DNA of 45,668 bases from a virus (Duplodnaviria; Caudoviricetes), in the IMG/VR virus record IMGVR_UViG_3300048998_000058, positions 1 to 45,668 of that record; one strand, 5' to 3'. Numbering within the stretch: position 1 is the first letter of the stretch; each line of letters begins with the position of its first letter. Shown in pieces: positions 25,851 to 35,693 of this stretch. A program made the position numbers and the translations under genes. Below the pieces are notes generated by a model, which worked only from the letters and a program-made list of their open reading frames with translations, made no database searches and was not told the DNA's origin.

Positions 25851-28800
25851 GAGACTAACAGATCCTTATTGTTCTGCATGTGGGCCACGATTACCCGCTC
25901 GCCGTCTTCACCTTGCATGTAGTTTTTCAGGTCGTCGTTGTCACGCACCACCACCACACGCGTCGGACCTTGCTGAACATTGACGCTTGGCGACTGGCCG
26001 CTGTTGCCGGCGTTGGGCGCGTTCTCGTTATAGGTGCCGTTGTGCATGGCTTCGAGTGTCGAGCGGTAGCGCGCTGTGGTGGCTGCGTTCGACACAAACT
26101 CCTGTCCATGCACTTGACCCGCTACCGCATTCTGCGCGCCGTCACCTGTGTAACCGCCCGACTGGTAACCCGTGGTGTTGACACTTCGAATCTGCTGAAT
26201 CTGTGCTAGGCCGCTGGCAACCGCTGCCGCTGCCGCAATAGCGCCGAGAATGGGGCCGACGAACGGTATGCCCGCCAGCGATGCGTACGAAGCAGTCGCA
26301 GACTTATACGTGTTGATCGATGCTTCGGCAATGGCCGCCGCTTTACCGATACCCGCCTGCGTGCGGTTGCTGCTGCGAGACATCTGCGCAAGTGACGACA
26401 GAAAATTCATCGTGCCTTGCAGTCGAATATTCTGCACGCTGGCGTCGATGTTCTGCTTTGCCTTGGCAGCGTCCGATTCCGAAATCAAATCCTGCTGCCG
26501 CATCTGGTCGACAAGATCGTAATATTGCTGCTGTTGCTTCAGCTGTTGGTCTTGTGCTACCTGGGTGCCTTTGAATATGTCCGGGTTCTGTTTTACTTCG
26601 AAATCGCCGACTTGCTGCTTGGTTAGCTGGCCTGCGGTTTGCGCATCGTTCAAAATCTTCAGCTGGTCAATCTGCTCCATCGTTTGCGTCATGGCAGCTT
26701 TCGTTACCTTGTCGACGATGGCCTGCTGCGCCAAACCTTTATTGATCGCTTCGTACTTGGTGTCGAGCGCCGCCGCATCGGCATCGGTTAGTACGATGCC
26801 CTTTTGCAGCAGGTCTTGCCGATCCTTCTCTACACTCGCCGCCGCTTTGCTAACCGTCGACACTTTGTTGAAGCCGTCGATCTGCTGATCGAGCTTCGTG
26901 TTGAGTGCAGCCAGCGGGTTGATCGTGTCCTGCAATTTGATCTGGTACTGCGCCATTTCGAAATCGGCTTGATTCTGTTCGATCCAACCATTCTTCACGG
27001 CGACCGTATACAGCTCCTGTGACTTCGCCATCTGGTCGAGCGCGCCTCGCGTGGGGTCGATGGTGTCGCGCAGGCGGTCGAAGGCGTCTTCCTGCTGGGC
27101 CAGTTCGCGCGCAGCCTGTTCGGCACTGTGGTCGACCGGGCCTGTTTTCGGCTTGCCGTTGGCCTGCGTGTTCAGCTCAGCGACCTTGCTGGCATACGCG
27201 CCGCCGCTGGGATCACCATTGGCACCGAACGATACGCCAGCCAAACGCGAGTTCGTCGGGTCGGTCTTGTTCAGCTGAATGTAGTCGGCCTTCAACTTCG
27301 TCAACTGATTTTGTAAGTTGATCTGCTTCTGCGTTTTGTCGTTGACGCTGTCGATGCCCTTACCCGCGTCGAGCGACGCCTTGCGCTGTTGGTCGGCAGC
27401 TGCGTCGGCGGCGGCAAGGTTCTTCTGGCCGATAACCAACTGTTGCGCGTCGTGCAGCTTGTTCCACAACGTGGTGCCATACGCCAGCACTTCGTTGTTC
27501 TTCGGATCGTAGATATCGGTATTGCCTTTTTTAACCGCTGCCTGCCAGTCGCTATAGTCTTGCTTAGCTTTGGCGAAAGCGTCCATCACTGCCGGCGGCT
27601 TGTCGATATCCGCATAGAATTGTTTTACCGTGGCTAGGTAGTTACCGACCGAACGCCATGTGCGTTCAAGTATGCCGGCGTTGTCGATCATGTTCTTAAC
27701 ACGCGGGTCGGTCGCATCGGCGTAGGCAATCGCCGCTGCCTGTACTGCGCCGTAAGTATCGCCAGTGTCCTGCAGATGCTTGATGTGGTCGAGGGTATCG
27801 ATGTTTAAAAAGTGCCACTTCGTGTCCATGTCCTCCGCCCACTTAACCGGGTCGGTGTACAAAGGCTGGAACGATTGCACTACCTGGTCAACCGATTCGC
27901 CAGTCAACTTCATCGCGTTGCTTGCGGCAGTGCCTACGCTGGTAAGCGACTGACCGGTAACTTGGCCCGTGGCTGCGAGCGCCGTTAGCAGTTCAAGGTT
28001 CGTTGCCGTGTTGGCCGCACTGTCGTTCAGCGACTTGGCAAGTGTGTTGACCTGCCCGGCCGTGATGCCGCTGCTGTTGCCGGCAAGGTTTAGTGCGTTC
28101 GCCAAGTTCTGGGCTTGCAAGTAACCGGCAACCATGGCGATACCGACCACGGCCAGCGCGGCGACGGTCAACCCGATGGCTACGCCTGTAGCGCTAAACG
28201 CTTTCTCCAGCAACCCCATACGGTTCGACAGCGTAATGGCGCTGCCTTGCAACGCTGCGAAGTTACCGCGCGCTAGCTCGCCGATCAGCACCCCGAATTC
28301 GCGCTTAGCCCCCGCGCTTGACTCACCGAACTTCGACAGTTCCTCCGTTGCTTCCGACGCGTTAGCGACGACCAGCTTCTGTGCGCTGATCGACTGCATC
28401 AGCTTGTTGTACTGTTCCAACGTGACCATACCCTTGGCCCGCAAAGCGGTAAGGGTTTGTTCGTCCTTTTCTAACTTCGACATCTTCGCGCTTAGCGGGT
28501 CGTACGATGCGGTCAGGCCGGCCACCGCTGCACGTTCTTTGTCGATGCTGGCGGTCAAGTTGGGCAGCTGCGCGTCGAGCTGGGCCAGCATCGAGCGGTA
28601 CTGGCCTGCGCTGATCACACCGCGCTGCTGCGCATCGACAAGCTGACCCTCGACGGTACGCCACTGCTCGATAGTTTTGATCTGGCTACCGACCGCGTCC
28701 GACAGGGCTTCGACCGACTGAATCTGCCGTGTAGCGGCCTGTGCCGTGGCTGTGTACGCCTGCGCCTGTGCGATTGCCGCCTGCCCAGCCGCTACACTGG

Positions 28801-29227
28801 CCTGCCCAGCCTCCTGCGACGCCTGTGCGGCCCCTCTGAGGGCGGCTGAGCTGCTATTCGACGCGGCTACCTGCGCCAGCGAGGCTGTGACGACCGACGC
28901 AATACGGGCTGCGGCTTCGGCCTCGCTTTCGGCTAGGGCAGTCGCAGCGACGCTCTGAGCGTTACTGGCCGTGGCTGCTTGGGCAGCTGCTTGGGCGACT
29001 TTTGCCGTGGTGGTCGCCTGCTGCGAAAGCGTCGAGTTCAGGCGGTCGACCGACTGGGCAACTTTGCCCATGGTGGTGCTGACCTGATTCAGAATCTTCT
29101 GTAAAGCGTCGTTGCTGTTGCTGGCGCGGTCGCCGGCATCGGCCATCGTGTTGAACTTCGATGCGACAGCTTGCGAACCGTCTTCGCGAACTTCGATCTG
29201 GACGACTTCATTAACCATTGGTGTCAC
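25847..29227 (-). CDS. Tail tape measure protein
   Basis: ~1120 aa Ala/Gln-rich helical; GYQSGGYTG...AGQVHGQEFV C-terminus; follows chaperones (start may be 29218). Confidence 0.92.
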   Translation of the reverse strand: MTPMVNEVVQIEVREDGSQAVASKFNTMADAGDRASNSNDALQKILNQVSTTMGKVAQSVDRLNSTLSQQATTTAKVAQAAAQAATASNAQSVAATALAESEAEAAARIASVVTASLAQVAASNSSSAALRGAAQASQEAGQASVAAGQAAIAQAQAYTATAQAATRQIQSVEALSDAVGSQIKTIEQWRTVEGQLVDAQQRGVISAGQYRSMLAQLDAQLPNLTASIDKERAAVAGLTASYDPLSAKMSKLEKDEQTLTALRAKGMVTLEQYNKLMQSISAQKLVVANASEATEELSKFGESSAGAKREFGVLIGELARGNFAALQGSAITLSNRMGLLEKAFSATGVAIGLTVAALAVVGIAMVAGYLQAQNLANALNLAGNSSGITAGQVNTLAKSLNDSAANTATNLELLTALAATGQVTGQSLTSVGTAASNAMKLTGESVDQVVQSFQPLYTDPVKWAEDMDTKWHFLNIDTLDHIKHLQDTGDTYGAVQAAAIAYADATDPRVKNMIDNAGILERTWRSVGNYLATVKQFYADIDKPPAVMDAFAKAKQDYSDWQAAVKKGNTDIYDPKNNEVLAYGTTLWNKLHDAQQLVIGQKNLAAADAAADQQRKASLDAGKGIDSVNDKTQKQINLQNQLTKLKADYIQLNKTDPTNSRLAGVSFGANGDPSGGAYASKVAELNTQANGKPKTGPVDHSAEQAARELAQQEDAFDRLRDTIDPTRGALDQMAKSQELYTVAVKNGWIEQNQADFEMAQYQIKLQDTINPLAALNTKLDQQIDGFNKVSTVSKAAASVEKDRQDLLQKGIVLTDADAAALDTKYEAINKGLAQQAIVDKVTKAAMTQTMEQIDQLKILNDAQTAGQLTKQQVGDFEVKQNPDIFKGTQVAQDQQLKQQQQYYDLVDQMRQQDLISESDAAKAKQNIDASVQNIRLQGTMNFLSSLAQMSRSSNRTQAGIGKAAAIAEASINTYKSATASYASLAGIPFVGPILGAIAAAAAVASGLAQIQQIRSVNTTGYQSGGYTGDGAQNAVAGQVHGQEFVSNAATTARYRSTLEAMHNGTYNENAPNAGNSGQSPSVNVQQGPTRVVVVRDNDDLKNYMQGEDGERVIVAHMQNNKDLLVS

Positions 29228-29678
29228 CGTAGCCGGTAGGCTTTTCGAGTATCGACGAGTTCTTCACGGCTTGTATGCCGGCAAGCACTGCGGTTTGCAC
29301 AAACCCAGGTGGTGCTTGTCCACTGTGACCGTTGTTCAGCGGCACGATGTAAGGCAGGTTGTTGTTGATAAAGATCGAACCACCCTTAAAGTTTTCGGTC
29401 GCCTTTATCGCAGCCGCCAAAGCAAATTGACTGCTTGACCCATTCAGGCCAACGGCATCTTTATTTGCTTTGGGCCAGTTATCCAACGTGCCCTCAGCGG
29501 GGCCGCCGATGTTCACCTGCCAGTTACCGCGAGCGCGGCCCGTATCGACTGGGGTGTTAAGCACCAACGCCGTGTCTATCGCCAGTGCGGTCTTGCGAAC
29601 GATTAAGCTGGCGTTGGCGGGGATGTCTTTGGCTAAAACGCGGAGGCGGGCAGTGAGTGTTTTTAACGTAGCCATCAC
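29211..29678 (-). CDS. HK97 gp10-like tail completion protein
   Basis: TPVDTGRARGNW, NNLPYI..LN.GHS.QAP.GFV. Confidence 0.85.
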   Translation of the reverse strand: MMATLKTLTARLRVLAKDIPANASLIVRKTALAIDTALVLNTPVDTGRARGNWQVNIGGPAEGTLDNWPKANKDAVGLNGSSSQFALAAAIKATENFKGGSIFINNNLPYIVPLNNGHSGQAPPGFVQTAVLAGIQAVKNSSILEKPTGYGDTNG

Positions 29679-30034
29679 CCGCCTCCGGTTTGTTTAGCTT
29701 TCTGTGCTGCGCGTCGAGCGGTCGCTTCTTGTGCTGCCTTGTCGTGTGACCAGTTGAGGTATGCCTCGTCTAGCTTTTGTACAAAGTAGAACATGTCCTC
29801 GCGCTGCTCGCCATGTATGTCGTACTCGTTGCAATAATTCTGGATCGATTGCCAACTGATCGGACCCATGACACCTTGCGAGATTTGCCGACATGTCGTT
29901 AAGTCCATAAACGCCATGTGGTACAAACCAAGCCCTGCATACAATTCTGGAGCAGTTAGGAATCGTGCGGGTATGGGTTGCCGCATTTTCCTTGCCTGCT
30001 CCAGAATCCACTTTTCGTCTTTGCCTATATCCAT
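29675..30034 (-). CDS. Tail assembly chaperone, -1 frameshift extension (gpT-like)
   Basis: In the -1 frame of the upstream chaperone, open back to the slippery site; F.DL.T.R, GPI.W.SI..Y, LD.AYL. Confidence 0.8.
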   Translation of the reverse strand: MDIGKDEKWILEQARKMRQPIPARFLTAPELYAGLGLYHMAFMDLTTCRQISQGVMGPISWQSIQNYCNEYDIHGEQREDMFYFVQKLDEAYLNWSHDKAAQEATARRAAQKAKQTGGG

Positions 30035-30054
30035 TCCGTAGATTAAGACATCGA

Positions 30055-30462
30055 TTAGTTTTTTGCGTCGGCCTCGCGAACCTCGTCACGGTAGTTTGCG
30101 ATTTTGGTGCTGTTGTCGACGACGTCAGCAAACAGATCGGGGTACTTTTCGAACTGCTCGACACAGGCTTCTACGCTGAACGAAACTTCGTTGCCGTTTT
30201 CGTCCGTCACGCCCTTCCAGTCCTTTACGACCGTTTCGGCGTACAGGCGACGCATCAGCCCTTCCATCACTTCCTTGTCCTGCACTTCCATCTGAATCAG
30301 GCGGCGGTACGGTTTGGTCAGCACGTCGTACCGTGCGGCGAAGGTCTTGTTGCTGCCGCCCGCACGGGCGATGCGAACTTCGAGACCTTCGCCGTACGTC
30401 AACCAGATGCCTTCTTTCTCAACGTCTTTGTTCGTGCTGAAAATCTTACCGAAAGTAGCCAT
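30055..30462 (-). CDS. Tail assembly chaperone (gpG-like)
   Basis: After major tail gene; E.EGIW, RIARAGGSN, DWKGV; ends GCA AAA AAC TAA. Confidence 0.85.
   Translation of the reverse strand: MATFGKIFSTNKDVEKEGIWLTYGEGLEVRIARAGGSNKTFAARYDVLTKPYRRLIQMEVQDKEVMEGLMRRLYAETVVKDWKGVTDENGNEVSFSVEACVEQFEKYPDLFADVVDNSTKIANYRDEVREADAKN
30058..30064 (-). other. -1 programmed ribosomal frameshift slippery site A AAA AAC
   Basis: X XXY YYZ in frame just before stop; -1 frame reads KLIDVLIYG into 29675..30034. Confidence 0.85.
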
Positions 30463-30495
30463 GTTGTCGCTCCTCATTTAATCGAGTGTTGCGGT

Positions 30496-32040
30496 TTAGT
30501 TGGGGTTCGCCAAGCTGGGCAGGTAGGCGAACGTCTGGAACAGCAGGGTGTAACCGTTCACGTTTTCGGCGGCGGTCAAGTCGAGCGGCAGCGTGATCTT
30601 CTTGTTCATCTCGACTGCGAGGCGACCATTGCCAAGCGAGAGGAGCGGAATGTCGAAGAGCATGCCAGCGTTGTTCTTGACGATAGCTACGTCCAACGTA
30701 ATGTCGGCATTATTGCGCACTGCGCGCGTTCCCGCCATATCGGCGAAATACGCAGTAACACTGCCGCCGACTTCGAACATGCCCACGTCGGTATCGAAGT
30801 TACCCAGCACGCCCAGCGCCTTGCTGCCCGACACGTTGTTGTTGATCGTAAGCGTCAGGTCCGTGCTGTACGCGAAGATCGGCGTGGGGTAGCTGTTAGT
30901 GCCGGTAACGCTGGCGAGCTTGATGCGCGCGAAGTCGCTCGACGTGTTGAACGCGTCCTCGATCAGCAAGTCCGGTCGCGTACCGCCTTTGAGGCCGTCG
31001 TCACCATCGCGCTGTTCGTGGTCGCAACCGACGAACGTAAGGTCAGCCGTGATCTTGTCGGCCTGCTTGACGTTGATCGTGAGCTGGTTCGGCACCGCAC
31101 CCGTGATGTGCTCGGACATGACGCCGTCCGCATCGTTGCCGACCGTTCGCTCCAAGTCGTACGAGCGGCGCACGATAAGCGCGGGGTCCTCTTCGTTTTT
31201 CAGGATGTCGCCGAGATAGAACTCGATCAACTTGGCCGTGCCAGCTTCGGCAGCGGGAACCCAGTCGGTCTTGTCGAACTCGATGTAGTCTTCGTTGATC
31301 GCACCGATACGCGCGAAGCCGACGTTGTTGGCGAAGCGGTTTGCCGGCGTATCACTACCCAGGTAGATCCACTCACCCAGGATAAAGCCAAGCGTCGACA
31401 TATCCACCGCTGCGCTGGTAAGGCGGGCGAGCGTACCGTTCAGCACGATGCTGAGGTCGGCACTGGCGAAGCGCTTGGCAACCACACGCAGCGTCGCCGA
31501 GGTCGGCGGGGTGGTTTCGTCAGCCAGTGCTTCGGCCACCGTGATGTTGCCACCGGCAGCAGCAGTGACGTGGCGTACGCCGTTGTTCGCTGCCTGTGCG
31601 AAGCCAGCGGCCACGATAACATCGCCGGCGACAACACCGGTCAGCGTGGTGCTGTACTGCTTGGCCGTACCGGCAACGGCGGTTACCGGCGTGGCAGCCC
31701 CGACGAACTTAGCCGTCTGCGGACGCTGACGCCACGTTGCGAACATAAAGCCCTGGAACAAGCCGCGCAGGTTCATCTGCGTGAGGTCCTGCTGGAAGCC
31801 ACCGCTGGCGTCCAAGTCGGTGATCACACCCTTGCGGCGCTGGCGGCTGGGGTTGATCGGATTGCGGGCGACGGTCTTCAGGTCGCCGCCGAAATCGCTG
31901 AACGAGTTCGGATCGAGCGGAAGCCACGTCGGGTCGAAGCCGTCGACGGCAAGAACCGGCAACTGCTTGAGGCAGACCTCCTCCGCGTACCGTAAGCCGG
32001 CGACGTTGGAGTCAATGCTATTTTTGGGACAATCAGCCAT
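30496..32040 (-). CDS. Major tail tube protein
   Basis: IDSN..GLRYAEE, PNSFSDFGG, ARNPINPSRQR.KG; GGAG RBS. Confidence 0.88.
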   Translation of the reverse strand: MADCPKNSIDSNVAGLRYAEEVCLKQLPVLAVDGFDPTWLPLDPNSFSDFGGDLKTVARNPINPSRQRRKGVITDLDASGGFQQDLTQMNLRGLFQGFMFATWRQRPQTAKFVGAATPVTAVAGTAKQYSTTLTGVVAGDVIVAAGFAQAANNGVRHVTAAAGGNITVAEALADETTPPTSATLRVVAKRFASADLSIVLNGTLARLTSAAVDMSTLGFILGEWIYLGSDTPANRFANNVGFARIGAINEDYIEFDKTDWVPAAEAGTAKLIEFYLGDILKNEEDPALIVRRSYDLERTVGNDADGVMSEHITGAVPNQLTINVKQADKITADLTFVGCDHEQRDGDDGLKGGTRPDLLIEDAFNTSSDFARIKLASVTGTNSYPTPIFAYSTDLTLTINNNVSGSKALGVLGNFDTDVGMFEVGGSVTAYFADMAGTRAVRNNADITLDVAIVKNNAGMLFDIPLLSLGNGRLAVEMNKKITLPLDLTAAENVNGYTLLFQTFAYLPSLANPN

Positions 32041-32050
32041 GGTGTTCTCC

Positions 32051-32479
32051 TTAAAGAACGTCGTCGTACGTGAAGAATGCGGTGAAGTTAACGTTGTACC
32101 AGCTCTTGTCGACGCCGATTTCGTTGACGGTTGCGTTACGGAACCACACACACCCGCTGCTGCTAACCCCTTGGACACCGTCCTGCAAGGCTTGGGCGAT
32201 TACACGAGCCACGTCTAACCCACCCTTCGACAACGCGGCAAACACTTGCACCGTAAGCGTCCCCGTTCGTGTCCACACCCGCTTGCCGGTGTCGCTGGCT
32301 AACGAGCCTTGTTCGCCGGTCGCGTGCCGCACTGTGGTACGCGCCCAATTCTCGTCGCTGGGTGGTGGGGTCGATTCGACCTTGCCGTCCCAACGCATTT
32401 CGAGACCAGGAAACGTCGCTAGTATGTTGGCAACGATTTCGTTGATCTCGGCCGGTGCTGTAATCGCTGTTGCGGTCAT
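32051..32479 (-). CDS. Tail terminator protein
   Basis: PP...W.R.TVRH, R.G.LTVQVF, V.FRN, WY.VN....F.YD. Confidence 0.8.
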   Translation of the reverse strand: MTATAITAPAEINEIVANILATFPGLEMRWDGKVESTPPPSDENWARTTVRHATGEQGSLASDTGKRVWTRTGTLTVQVFAALSKGGLDVARVIAQALQDGVQGVSSSGCVWFRNATVNEIGVDKSWYNVNFTAFFTYDDVL

Positions 32480-32850
32480 TGGCGCACCTGCAAGGTGAAC
32501 AGAATCTTCTCGTTGTTTACGTTTAGCGGAAACACGTTGACGATGGACCACGTTTCCGTTGACTTATCGGGCAGCACGCGCAGCAACTTACCTTTCATAT
32601 TTGGGTCGAAAGGCAGGCCCACCGCTGCGATCAACACGCGCTGGTCGCCTGACTGGACTTCGGTGTTGTTTTCGAAGCCCTGCTTGTAGCTGAGGAACAC
32701 CGCCAACACATCCTTGCTGAGTTCCGTAACAACGCCGGTTGTCTCCCATGGGTGCGCCGGTTCGGTCGTCACGAACACCACGAGCTTGGCTGGCCCGCCG
32801 TATTTCTCGATCAGCTTCTTGGCTGTGGCCTGCTGGCGGGCGAAGGTCAT
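32476..32850 (-). CDS. Head closure / head-tail joining protein
   Basis: A.KLIEKYG, QSGD..VLI, W.IV, LQVR; position in neck module. Confidence 0.78.
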   Translation of the reverse strand: MTFARQQATAKKLIEKYGGPAKLVVFVTTEPAHPWETTGVVTELSKDVLAVFLSYKQGFENNTEVQSGDQRVLIAAVGLPFDPNMKGKLLRVLPDKSTETWSIVNVFPLNVNNEKILFTLQVRQ

Positions 32851-33368
32851 ATACGCACCAGCCGCAGCGCCGCGCCGCTATCGTCGCAGCACTCGCCCTT
32901 CAGCAACGCCTTCAACAGCGCATCGACGCGTGGGAACGCCGGCACCGGCCCACCCGACTCGCCCCAGTCGGTGCCGACTGCATACTCTGTGCTGATTACG
33001 TCGACCTTTTCGACCTTCACAATCTGGCCGTCGGTGCTAGGCATCAAGTCGAAGCCGTTGGCCTGTTCAATGACAAGCTGCTGCTGTGCTTTTTTCAGCG
33101 AGTTCGGAATTACGTCGTCAGCCATTTCGACACCGGCAATCCACACGCCAGTGCGCGGCCACGCCAGCTCCTGCGGATTGTACGTTTGCTTACCCAGGTA
33201 ACTGCATCCGAATGTTTCGAGATAGTCCGTCGCAAGTATGATCTGCGCCTCGACCGTATCGGGATCGAGCGTTACGCCACGAGCGGCAGCGTACGCGGTC
33301 GCATCGGCCACCGAAACATAGCTGTTCGCGTTCGCGATGCCTTCGCCAGTTTCTACAACGATTGCCAT
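32847..33368 (-). CDS. Head-tail adaptor (DnaT-like family)
   Basis: IVVETGEG..NANSYVSV, ATDYL, Q.LAWPR, IP..LK.AQ, EKVDVI..EY. Confidence 0.82.
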   Translation of the reverse strand: MAIVVETGEGIANANSYVSVADATAYAAARGVTLDPDTVEAQIILATDYLETFGCSYLGKQTYNPQELAWPRTGVWIAGVEMADDVIPNSLKKAQQQLVIEQANGFDLMPSTDGQIVKVEKVDVISTEYAVGTDWGESGGPVPAFPRVDALLKALLKGECCDDSGAALRLVRI

Positions 33369-33426
33369 GGCTCGATCCTTTTGGAATTAGGTTGCGGGGT
33401 CTCGTGGTGACGACCCCGCGTGTTTG

Positions 33427-33780
33427 TTACTTGTTCGCGTCGGTGATTTCGCGCTGTTCGTTCAGCAGGTCTGCGTGGGTGCTATCGCCCCAGCGAGCCT
33501 TGCTGTCGGCAGTCCAGTGCTTATCGCCGTTACTACCCTTGCGATGCTTGCGGGCCGGCTCGCCGAACGACAGCTTTTCACCGCCTTCGGTTTCGTCGGA
33601 TTTCGAAGGCTCTTCCTCTTCCTCTTCCTCTTCCTCTTCCTCTTCCTCTTCCTCTTCTACTTCACCGCCAAGCTCCTGGAACTCGGTCAGTTCGTCGGCG
33701 GTCAGCTCGTTGCCTTCGTCGACACTGGCCTGGAGTTCAGCCAAACGGGCACGCTGGGTCTTGTTCAAACGAATAGCCAT
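33427..33780 (-). CDS. Acidic hypothetical protein with 16-Glu tract
   Basis: AAGGA RBS; downstream of capsid gene. Confidence 0.7.
   Translation of the reverse strand: MAIRLNKTQRARLAELQASVDEGNELTADELTEFQELGGEVEEEEEEEEEEEEEEEEPSKSDETEGGEKLSFGEPARKHRKGSNGDKHWTADSKARWGDSTHADLLNEQREITDANK
33610..33657 (-). repeat. (GAAGAG)8 microsatellite encoding poly-Glu
   Basis: Perfect hexamer tandem repeat. Confidence 0.95.
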
Positions 33781-33867
33781 TGCGGTATTCCTTATGTAGG
33801 TGCGCCGCCTAGTGGTTAGCTAGACGGCGCGATGCTGCGTTGACTTGCGCTTCGACGCCTTGGGCTG

Positions 33868-34887
33868 TTAGCCGTTGGTGACGATGAAGGCCATGCCGAC
33901 CAGCTTGCGCTCAACCACGCGCTGCCAGTTGGTAGCCAGTGCGAGGTTGGCCCACGTCGGCGACAGGCCCGGCGCGGTGACGGTCGTTTCCAGCCACTTG
34001 TAACCCTGCGGATGGATGACCCAGTCCTTGCGGGACCACAGCACTTCGATACCGCCGCCGTTGCCGCGCTCCGGATAGCGCTGCACTTCTTCCGGCACCT
34101 TGGGCGAGCCGTTGCCGTAGGCGAACGCGCCGGCAGCAAACAGGATCGAGAGGTACTGGCGGGTGATGCCCGTGCCGAACGTCGGCATGCCGTCGTCGAC
34201 AATGACGCGCTTGCCCATGTACGTCGGGATCACCAGACGCTCGTCCGAGTCGGCCACGTACACGATCAAGTTGTTCTTGATCATGCGACCGTAGACTATG
34301 CTATGCACCGCAATGGCGACGTAAGCGTCAAGGTCGTCGCCGCTGGTCATCGCCGCATCGATGAACGTATCAGCGTTGAAGCGGTTCGTGTCGGCAGGCG
34401 TACCCGTGGTCACCGAAATGTTGACGACCATGTCACCGGCGTTGTCGGCAACGTTGTCGTTATACACGCCGATGGCCGAAGCCAGCAGACGGCGTTGGAA
34501 CTGCTTCTGCCAGTAGGCGTCGACGCGGGCGTGGATGTGCTGCATCGGATCGCTGCCAGCCAGCACCGACACAAGGTCAGCATCGGACCAGCCTTCGTTC
34601 AGGTTCGCGATCCGCGCTACCTGGGTGCCTGCGGTAACCTTCTGCGGCTCGGCGATGTCGGTGTACAGATCGCTGCTGTAGTTCGGTTCGATGCTGGCGT
34701 CGAGGTCCTTCCAGAACGGGATCGTAGTGATCTGGCCGGGGCCGTTGGCGAGCTGATCCATCAGCGCGTTGGTAACGGCAACGCCGGACTGCGCGAACGC
34801 GGTCTTTTCGGTGCTGTTGATCGTGTCGTACGAGTGGAATACGCTGGGGACGAAGACGTCCGACAGCTGGGTATTTGCGAAGGCCAT
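33868..34887 (-). CDS. Major capsid protein
   Basis: TQLSDVFVP, AF.QSGV, IPFWKDL, LAGSDPM, HS.VY..M, TYMGKRVIVDD, R...GNGGG, HPQGY. Confidence 0.92.
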   Translation of the reverse strand: MAFANTQLSDVFVPSVFHSYDTINSTEKTAFAQSGVAVTNALMDQLANGPGQITTIPFWKDLDASIEPNYSSDLYTDIAEPQKVTAGTQVARIANLNEGWSDADLVSVLAGSDPMQHIHARVDAYWQKQFQRRLLASAIGVYNDNVADNAGDMVVNISVTTGTPADTNRFNADTFIDAAMTSGDDLDAYVAIAVHSIVYGRMIKNNLIVYVADSDERLVIPTYMGKRVIVDDGMPTFGTGITRQYLSILFAAGAFAYGNGSPKVPEEVQRYPERGNGGGIEVLWSRKDWVIHPQGYKWLETTVTAPGLSPTWANLALATNWQRVVERKLVGMAFIVTNG

Positions 34888-34925
34888 GTATTACTCCAGG
34901 AGCTGAGGGTTGCGATTAGACGGCT

Positions 34926-35666
34926 TTACTTCTTAGCCGCTGCACGATTTTCCTCGACCAACCGCTGGAACTTCTGCGGATCGGACTTGGCGAGATCGGT
35001 GCGTTCTTTTTCGGACATTTCCGAAAGTTTCTTAGAGGCACCGCCTCCGCCACCGCCGCCTGAAGCACCGCTCCCGCTGGCCTGACTACCCCGAAGTATC
35101 GTTGCGAACGCTTTATTTTGCAACAAGCGCTTTTCGAGGTCGTCGAGGGTGTCGGCGGTCGGGCGGCCTTCGGCATCGAGCACGCGTGTAACAGCTACGC
35201 CGTCGACGGTATCGAGCGCCAGTGCGCGGGTGATATGCGGCATGATTACATCGATGTAATCCGGCGATGCAACGATCTTCGCGGCCAGTTCGTGCGCCTT
35301 GTTGGTCACCAGCAGAGTGTTCAGCTGCTTGGTCAGCGTGGCAGCTGCGGTGTCCTTTTCGGTGAGCTTGGCTTCGTAACGATTCTTCATCGACAGCTCG
35401 AGAGCATCGACGTCCGTCTTAGGTACGCTACCCTTGCGGATGTTGTCGATTTCTTCCTGCAGAGCATCGCGGGTAGCTTCGGCGTCGCGCTGCTTGCCTT
35501 CGGCGGTGCGTGCACGTTCTTTCTCGTGTTCCTTTGCACGCTTCAACGCGCCGGTGTCTTCGCCGCCTTCGACTTGCAAAACGAACTTGCCGTCAACTTC
35601 TTTGTAATGACCCTTCAATTCGTCGCTGACGGTATCGAGGGAATCGAGCACTGCTTTCATCGCCAT
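34926..35666 (-). CDS. Capsid scaffolding protein
   Basis: Y.EVDGKFVLQVEG, coiled-coil, ASGSGA.GG, EMSEKER; upstream of capsid gene. Confidence 0.85.
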   Translation of the reverse strand: MAMKAVLDSLDTVSDELKGHYKEVDGKFVLQVEGGEDTGALKRAKEHEKERARTAEGKQRDAEATRDALQEEIDNIRKGSVPKTDVDALELSMKNRYEAKLTEKDTAAATLTKQLNTLLVTNKAHELAAKIVASPDYIDVIMPHITRALALDTVDGVAVTRVLDAEGRPTADTLDDLEKRLLQNKAFATILRGSQASGSGASGGGGGGGASKKLSEMSEKERTDLAKSDPQKFQRLVEENRAAAKK

Positions 35667-35693
35667 TGTAAAGCTCCTGGGACACTGTCCCGG

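Noticed and set aside
29965-31995. 676-aa + strand ORF
   Set aside because: Antisense shadow of the major tail and chaperone genes in a GC-rich genome; no motifs or RBS
33394-33419. GCGGGGTC/GACCCCGC hairpin as a late terminator
   Set aside because: No U-tract in the transcribed (-) direction; possibly a stability or pause hairpin only
34012-35085. 357-aa + strand ORF
   Set aside because: Antisense shadow of the capsid gene
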